64,000 nucleotides of DNA. Source: Alphaproteobacteria bacterium (GTDB taxonomy: Bacteria; Pseudomonadota; Alphaproteobacteria; Micavibrionales; Micavibrionaceae). The stretch's first letter is position 1. Each line of letters begins with the position of its first letter. Below are positions 60,042 through 64,000 of this stretch, piece after piece. Under the pieces are notes generated by a model, which was not told where the DNA came from, did not search any database, and worked only from the letters and a program-made list of their open reading frames with translations. Location of the stretch: assembly GCA_050633325.1 (NCBI GenBank), contig JBOEGH010000005.1:171779-235778 (forward strand). The letters are read 5' to 3'. A program made the position numbers and the translations under genes.

Positions 60042-60781
60042 TCCGCGTCTCCCTCTACATTTTTCGCAGCAGAGAAATCAACCATAGTTCCCAAAACCTG
60101 TAAATAAGCAACAAGTGCATCCATCTCGGATATCATATTAGGGTTACCATCAAAGTCACGCGCATTAACATCCGCACCATAGCGCTCTTGTAAACCGGCA
60201 ATGTCTGTTCTTTCCTCACCGGTTGCCTGCACCACAGCATCTTTTTCTGCCCATTCAATCATCTCATCAGTATATGGAACACCTAAAGTACGTAGAGTTT
60301 TAAAGTGACGATCAAGGTCGTGAATTTTAGCACCATTATTTAATAAGAAGCCATATGAAGGCATAACAGATTCAGGGACTAAATCTCTTGGCTCTTTTAA
60401 ATGTGCAACATGCCATTCATCAGAGTATTTACCGCCAACACGCGCCAAATCCGGCCCTGTACGTTTTGATCCCCAAAGAAACGGATAGTCATACATACTC
60501 TCAGCAGCCAAAGAATAATGTCCGTAACGCACAACTTCATCACGAAGCGGACGAATATGTTGAGAGTGACACGACGTACAATTCTCTCTTATATAAATAT
60601 TCTGTCCTGCTAACTCTAATGGAGTATATGGTCGCATTCCCTCTACCGGCTCAATCACCGTTTCCATACGAAACAACGGTACAATTTCAACCAAGCCACC
60701 AATTGAAACCACTAGAATTGTAAGTCCCAGCAATACTAGGGAATTACGCTCTAGCTTTGCATGTTTATCCATCAAGCTCAT
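60038..60781 (-). CDS. ccoO: cbb3-type cytochrome c oxidase subunit II (monohaem)
   Basis: 247 aa with an N-terminal TM helix and CTSCHSQ. 4-nt overlap with ccoN. Confidence 0.95.
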   Translation of the reverse strand: MSLMDKHAKLERNSLVLLGLTILVVSIGGLVEIVPLFRMETVIEPVEGMRPYTPLELAGQNIYIRENCTSCHSQHIRPLRDEVVRYGHYSLAAESMYDYPFLWGSKRTGPDLARVGGKYSDEWHVAHLKEPRDLVPESVMPSYGFLLNNGAKIHDLDRHFKTLRTLGVPYTDEMIEWAEKDAVVQATGEERTDIAGLQERYGADVNARDFDGNPNMISEMDALVAYLQVLGTMVDFSAAKNVEGDAE

Positions 60782-62211
60782 GCGACTGCTCCTTCTAAAC
60801 GAGTATTTTGTTCTTTAACACAGACGTCACCACGAATAGTACGCCAGAAATTGTAAGCCATTATAAGTGCACCTATTAAATACAAGACACCACCCATAAC
60901 ACGAATAATATAAAATGGTTTCATCGCCATAACACTTTCAACAAAAGAATATTGAAGGAAACCCATATCATCATATGAACGCCACATTAGACCTTGCATA
61001 ATACCTGATACCCACATCGCAGATATGTAGAAAACAATACCAATTGTTGCAATCCATAAATGGGCGCTAACAAGCTTAGTAGAGTAAAGGCGATCTCTTC
61101 CCCAAAGTCTTGGCACCATATAGTACAAACAACCAAATGTTATAAAACCATTCCAACCCAAAGCACCTGAGTGAACATGACCAACTGTCCAGTCAGTATA
61201 ATGGGACAATGAGTTAACCGCTCTGATAGCCATTAAAGGACCTTCGAAAGTTGCCATACCATAAAACGCCAAGGAAATAACCATGAACTGTAATATAGGG
61301 TCTTCACGTAACTTATTCCACGCACCTGATAAAGTCATCGCGCCGTTGATCATACCACCCCAACTGGGCATCCATAGCATAATAGAAAATGTCATACCCA
61401 ATGTTTGTGCCCAATCAGGCAAAGCGGTGTAATGCAAATGGTGCGGTCCCGCCCACATATAAAGGAAGATCAAAGACCAAAAATGGATAATAGACAATCT
61501 ATAAGAATAAACAGGTCTCTCAGCTTGCTTTGGAACAAAATAATACATCATACCAAGGAAACCGGCAGTAAGGAAAAACCCAACCGCATTATGTCCATAC
61601 CACCATTGTATCATTGCAGACTGCACACCGGCGAATGCGGAATAACTTTTAGCACCTGTAATATCAACCGGCAAAGCAAGACCATTAAACAGGTGAAGGA
61701 TTGCTACGGTGACGATAAATGCAAGATAAAACCAGTTAGCAACGTATAAATGTGGCTCTTTACGTTTTACACATGTCATTAAAAACACAATAAGATAAGC
61801 GACCCAAACAATTGTTAACCATAAATCTGCATACCACTCCGGTTGTGCATATTCTTTATTCTGGGTAACGCCCAATAAATACCCAACTGCGGCCATAACA
61901 ATAAACAACTGATAACCCCAGAATGTAAAACTGGCTAGCTTGTCACTCCACAACCTAACGCAACATGTACGCTGAACAACATAATAACTTGTTGCAAACA
62001 AAGCATTACCACCGAATGCAAAAATAACTGCCGATGTATGAATAGGACGCAAACGACCAAAACTCAAATATGGCTCAATATTCAATGACGGGAATGCCAT
62101 TTGCGACGCAATAAACACGCCCATAGACATACCGACAACCCCCCAAAAAACGGTAGCCAATGTGAATAATTTCACAATGTCATAATTGTAATTCAGCTCT
62201 TTAGTATTCAT
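60778..62211 (-). CDS. ccoN: cbb3-type cytochrome c oxidase subunit I
   Basis: 477 aa and 12 TM helices, with [13 protein letters not shown] and [11 protein letters not shown]. An AAGGAAA RBS lies upstream. Confidence 0.95.
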   Translation of the reverse strand: MNTKELNYNYDIVKLFTLATVFWGVVGMSMGVFIASQMAFPSLNIEPYLSFGRLRPIHTSAVIFAFGGNALFATSYYVVQRTCCVRLWSDKLASFTFWGYQLFIVMAAVGYLLGVTQNKEYAQPEWYADLWLTIVWVAYLIVFLMTCVKRKEPHLYVANWFYLAFIVTVAILHLFNGLALPVDITGAKSYSAFAGVQSAMIQWWYGHNAVGFFLTAGFLGMMYYFVPKQAERPVYSYRLSIIHFWSLIFLYMWAGPHHLHYTALPDWAQTLGMTFSIMLWMPSWGGMINGAMTLSGAWNKLREDPILQFMVISLAFYGMATFEGPLMAIRAVNSLSHYTDWTVGHVHSGALGWNGFITFGCLYYMVPRLWGRDRLYSTKLVSAHLWIATIGIVFYISAMWVSGIMQGLMWRSYDDMGFLQYSFVESVMAMKPFYIIRVMGGVLYLIGALIMAYNFWRTIRGDVCVKEQNTRLEGAVA

Positions 62212-62231
62212 TTTGTTTTTCCTTTAAAAAA

Positions 62232-62951
62232 CTAAAATTCAAAAATAATTGTGCCCGCCAACGCAAACAACCAAAAACTACTAACAGTCATCGCGACTTG
62301 ATTAACACGCACCGCGACATTTGGATATAGTTGTTTAAACTTATGTCCGCCAAATGCAACTAAAATTAACGCCGGCATAGTACCAATTGTAAATGCCCCC
62401 ATCGCCAACGCCGATTCCAACACCGTTTCAGCAGTAGCAGAGGCCAATAAAGCCGACACTACCAAGCCACACGGCATAAACCCCAGCAAAACACCAAGAC
62501 CATATCTTTTCACAACACCGGGGTTATTCATCAACTTAGAAGACAAACCGGAAATCAATAAATAAGGGGCAGAAACCTTTATACGCGTTACCCACGGAAA
62601 AACTGCTGACATTTTCGGAAAGGCACTAACCAAGAAAACAACACCTGCCACCATTAACAATGGTGCAGATATCAAAGATTTCAGATCTGAAAAAACAAAC
62701 GCCAGATTTATCACAGAACTAACAAGTACGGCCAACACAACATATGTAGTCATGCGTCCCAAGTGATAAGGTAATAGCAATGAAGATCCTATCTTACCCA
62801 TTTTAATTGATCCATCGACTTGCGCCAGTACAAATGGTGCGCACATTCCCGCGCAATGCGTAGTACCACCAACCAGCCCAGCCAAAAACAGACTGATAAT
62901 CAGCCCGTGCGAAACCGCTATGTCATGAATGCATTGACCGATGAACATCAT
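62232..62951 (-). CDS. DsbD_2/TauE-like membrane protein with HCxxMC motif, first gene of the cco operon
   Basis: GGTTHCAGMCAPFVLAQ and a second MPCGLV motif in polytopic TM helices. The start is reassigned to the ATG at 62951 (AAGGAG RBS at 62965-62970) because the FNR box lies inside the longer track ORF. Confidence 0.65.
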   Translation of the reverse strand: MMFIGQCIHDIAVSHGLIISLFLAGLVGGTTHCAGMCAPFVLAQVDGSIKMGKIGSSLLLPYHLGRMTTYVVLAVLVSSVINLAFVFSDLKSLISAPLLMVAGVVFLVSAFPKMSAVFPWVTRIKVSAPYLLISGLSSKLMNNPGVVKRYGLGVLLGFMPCGLVVSALLASATAETVLESALAMGAFTIGTMPALILVAFGGHKFKQLYPNVAVRVNQVAMTVSSFWLFALAGTIIFEF

Positions 62952-63003
62952 AAAACTATTTAAACTCCTTTTATCATTATCAAAAAACGAATACAGTAAT
63001 GCC

Positions 63004-63017
63004 TTGACCAATGTCAA
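63004..63017. promoter_or_regulatory. FNR/FixK box (TTGAC-N4-GTCAA)
   Basis: ttgaccaatgtcaa is a perfect inverted repeat matching TTGA-N6-TCAA. A GATAAT -10 hexamer (minus strand, 62981-62976) lies 22 bp from the box, giving class II geometry (box centre at -41.5) for the minus-strand cco operon. Confidence 0.7.
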
Positions 63018-63054
63018 TTTTAGCATTAGTTAAGCCGCAAAGTTGAATATATAT

Positions 63055-63759
63055 ATGACAGATAACAATTTTAAAAATATCCCTCTATTTCAGGGCTGCA
63101 AAAGCAGCTTTATTGACACGCTTCAAAAGCATGCGCAATACCAAACTCATGAAAAAGGCAAAATACTTTTCATTAACGATGAAAAAGCAGAGAGGTTTTA
63201 TTTCATTAAAAATGGTTGGGTAAAGTTATTTCGAGAAACCTTAGATGGCGCACAAGCGGTTATAGACATACTACCTGCAGGAAAGATATTTGGAGAAACA
63301 TCAATATTTGAAAATAACACTTACCCATATAGCGCAGAAGTCATAGAATCTTCGGAAATAGTTTCCATGCCAATTGCAAACTTAAAAGCAGAAATTGAAA
63401 ACAACAATGCAATGGCTTTGAACATGCTGCGATCAATTACAAACGATCGACAACGACAAGATAAGCAAATTGAGCATCTATCACTACAAAACGCCCCGCA
63501 GCGCATTGGGTGCTTTTTACTCAGACTGGCAAACCAAAATACACGCGGCCCTATAACCATACATCTTCCATATGACAAAACATTAGTGGCATCACGCTTA
63601 GGAATGCAACCGGAAACATTTTCACGAGCGCTGGCAAGGTTAAGCAGAGATACCGGCATCAGAATCAAAGGCGCAACAATAGAACTAGATCAGTTAGACC
63701 AACTAACATGCTATTCTTGCTCTGCATGCTCATCAAGTTTTCCATGCAAAAACCTTTAA
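63055..63759 (+). CDS. Crp/Fnr family transcriptional regulator with C-terminal Cys cluster
   Basis: cNMP-like beta-roll (FYFIKNGWVKLFRETLDG), an HTH with the FNR-type E--SR recognition helix (MQPETFSRALARL) and the C-terminus TCYSCSACSSSFPCKNL. The ATG at 63055 is preferred over the track TTG at 63043. Confidence 0.85.
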   Translation: MTDNNFKNIPLFQGCKSSFIDTLQKHAQYQTHEKGKILFINDEKAERFYFIKNGWVKLFRETLDGAQAVIDILPAGKIFGETSIFENNTYPYSAEVIESSEIVSMPIANLKAEIENNNAMALNMLRSITNDRQRQDKQIEHLSLQNAPQRIGCFLLRLANQNTRGPITIHLPYDKTLVASRLGMQPETFSRALARLSRDTGIRIKGATIELDQLDQLTCYSCSACSSSFPCKNL

Positions 63760-63809
63760 GAAACTAAGTCACATATTCTTAATAATTTAAAAAATTTGAT
63801 ACCCACAAA

Positions 63810-63823
63810 TTGACAAAGGTCAA
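63810..63823. promoter_or_regulatory. second FNR/FixK box (TTGAC-N4-GTCAA)
   Basis: ttgacaaaggtcaa is a perfect inverted repeat, centred about 42 bp upstream of the ATG at 63859. Confidence 0.6.
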
Positions 63824-63858
63824 TTATCAGTAAAATGTAATGATATAGAACATGTGAC

Positions 63859-64000
63859 ATGGAACATGCTGCAGAAAATACTAAGAATAAGCGTTGGATA
63901 AAACGCTTTAAAAAGCCAAGCAAACAGATGTTTTGGACGTGGATAGCCTACCAAACAATAAAGGGCACACTCACCACTTCTCTTATATGGATTCCATTAA
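63859..64000 (+). CDS. hypothetical protein, N-terminal part (runs off the right edge); probable membrane protein
   Basis: Hand translation from the ATG at 63859 gives MEHAAENTKNKRWIKRFKKPSKQMFWTWIAYQTIKGTLTTSLIWIPL..., open to the window end. There is an in-frame alternative ATG at 63928. Confidence 0.4.
   Translation, partial: MEHAAENTKNKRWIKRFKKPSKQMFWTWIAYQTIKGTLTTSLIWIPL

Noticed and set aside
63026-63043. Track start codons 63026 (membrane protein) and 63043 (TTG, regulator)
   Set aside because: The 63026 start would put the perfect FNR box inside the coding sequence, and it lacks an RBS. The ATG at 62951 has an AAGGAG upstream. For the regulator, the ATG at 63055 is the first canonical start. 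The box-to- -10 geometry does not fit a + strand promoter (aagttg at the -10 position).

Overview
This is a low-GC (by eye about 40%), gene-dense chromosomal segment that looks alphaproteobacterial. The evidence is the ctaC-ctaD-ctaB...ctaG-ctaE-SURF1 aa3 oxidase cluster, a complete ccoNOQP-ccoGHIS (fixNOQP-GHIS) cbb3 oxidase cluster beside a Crp/Fnr regulator, an IalB-family protein, and an RNase E with a large S1-domain insertion. Most of the window is core housekeeping and respiratory metabolism. It encodes RNase E, an M23 peptidase, the 1604-aa NAD-glutamate dehydrogenase, BdhA plus acetoacetyl-CoA synthetase (ketone body/PHB use), glutathione reductase, PutA, PurD, XseA, UppP, UbiA, and the RNA-modification enzymes RsmE, RsmD, RluB-like and TadA. 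I found no rRNA, tRNA, CRISPR array, transposase, integrase or recognisable defence system. Three small genes missing from the supplied ORF track were recovered by hand translation: ccoS (55 aa), ccoQ (51 aa) and a 43-aa membrane protein wedged between ctaB and an SDR gene. A left-edge partial ORF and a right-edge partial ORF were recovered the same way. The best candidate for something not described is a minus-strand operon at 50.5-53.7 kb. There, two TerD-domain proteins bracket a YrbG-type Na+/Ca2+ exchanger and follow an unassignable 6-TM protein, with no TerC/TerB/TerA/TerZ in the window. Other points worth a second look:
- an FNR-type regulator whose only Cys cluster is C-terminal, flanked by two perfect TTGAC-N4-GTCAA boxes
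- a cytochrome b561-YceI fusion next to a stand-alone YceI
- two head-to-head gene pairs whose start codons overlap on a CATG
- a GC-rich hairpin island in an AT-rich spacer
- a 10-bp tandem repeat in a divergent promoter region
All functional calls rest on motif recognition by eye. No database search was possible, so any claim of novelty is unverified.
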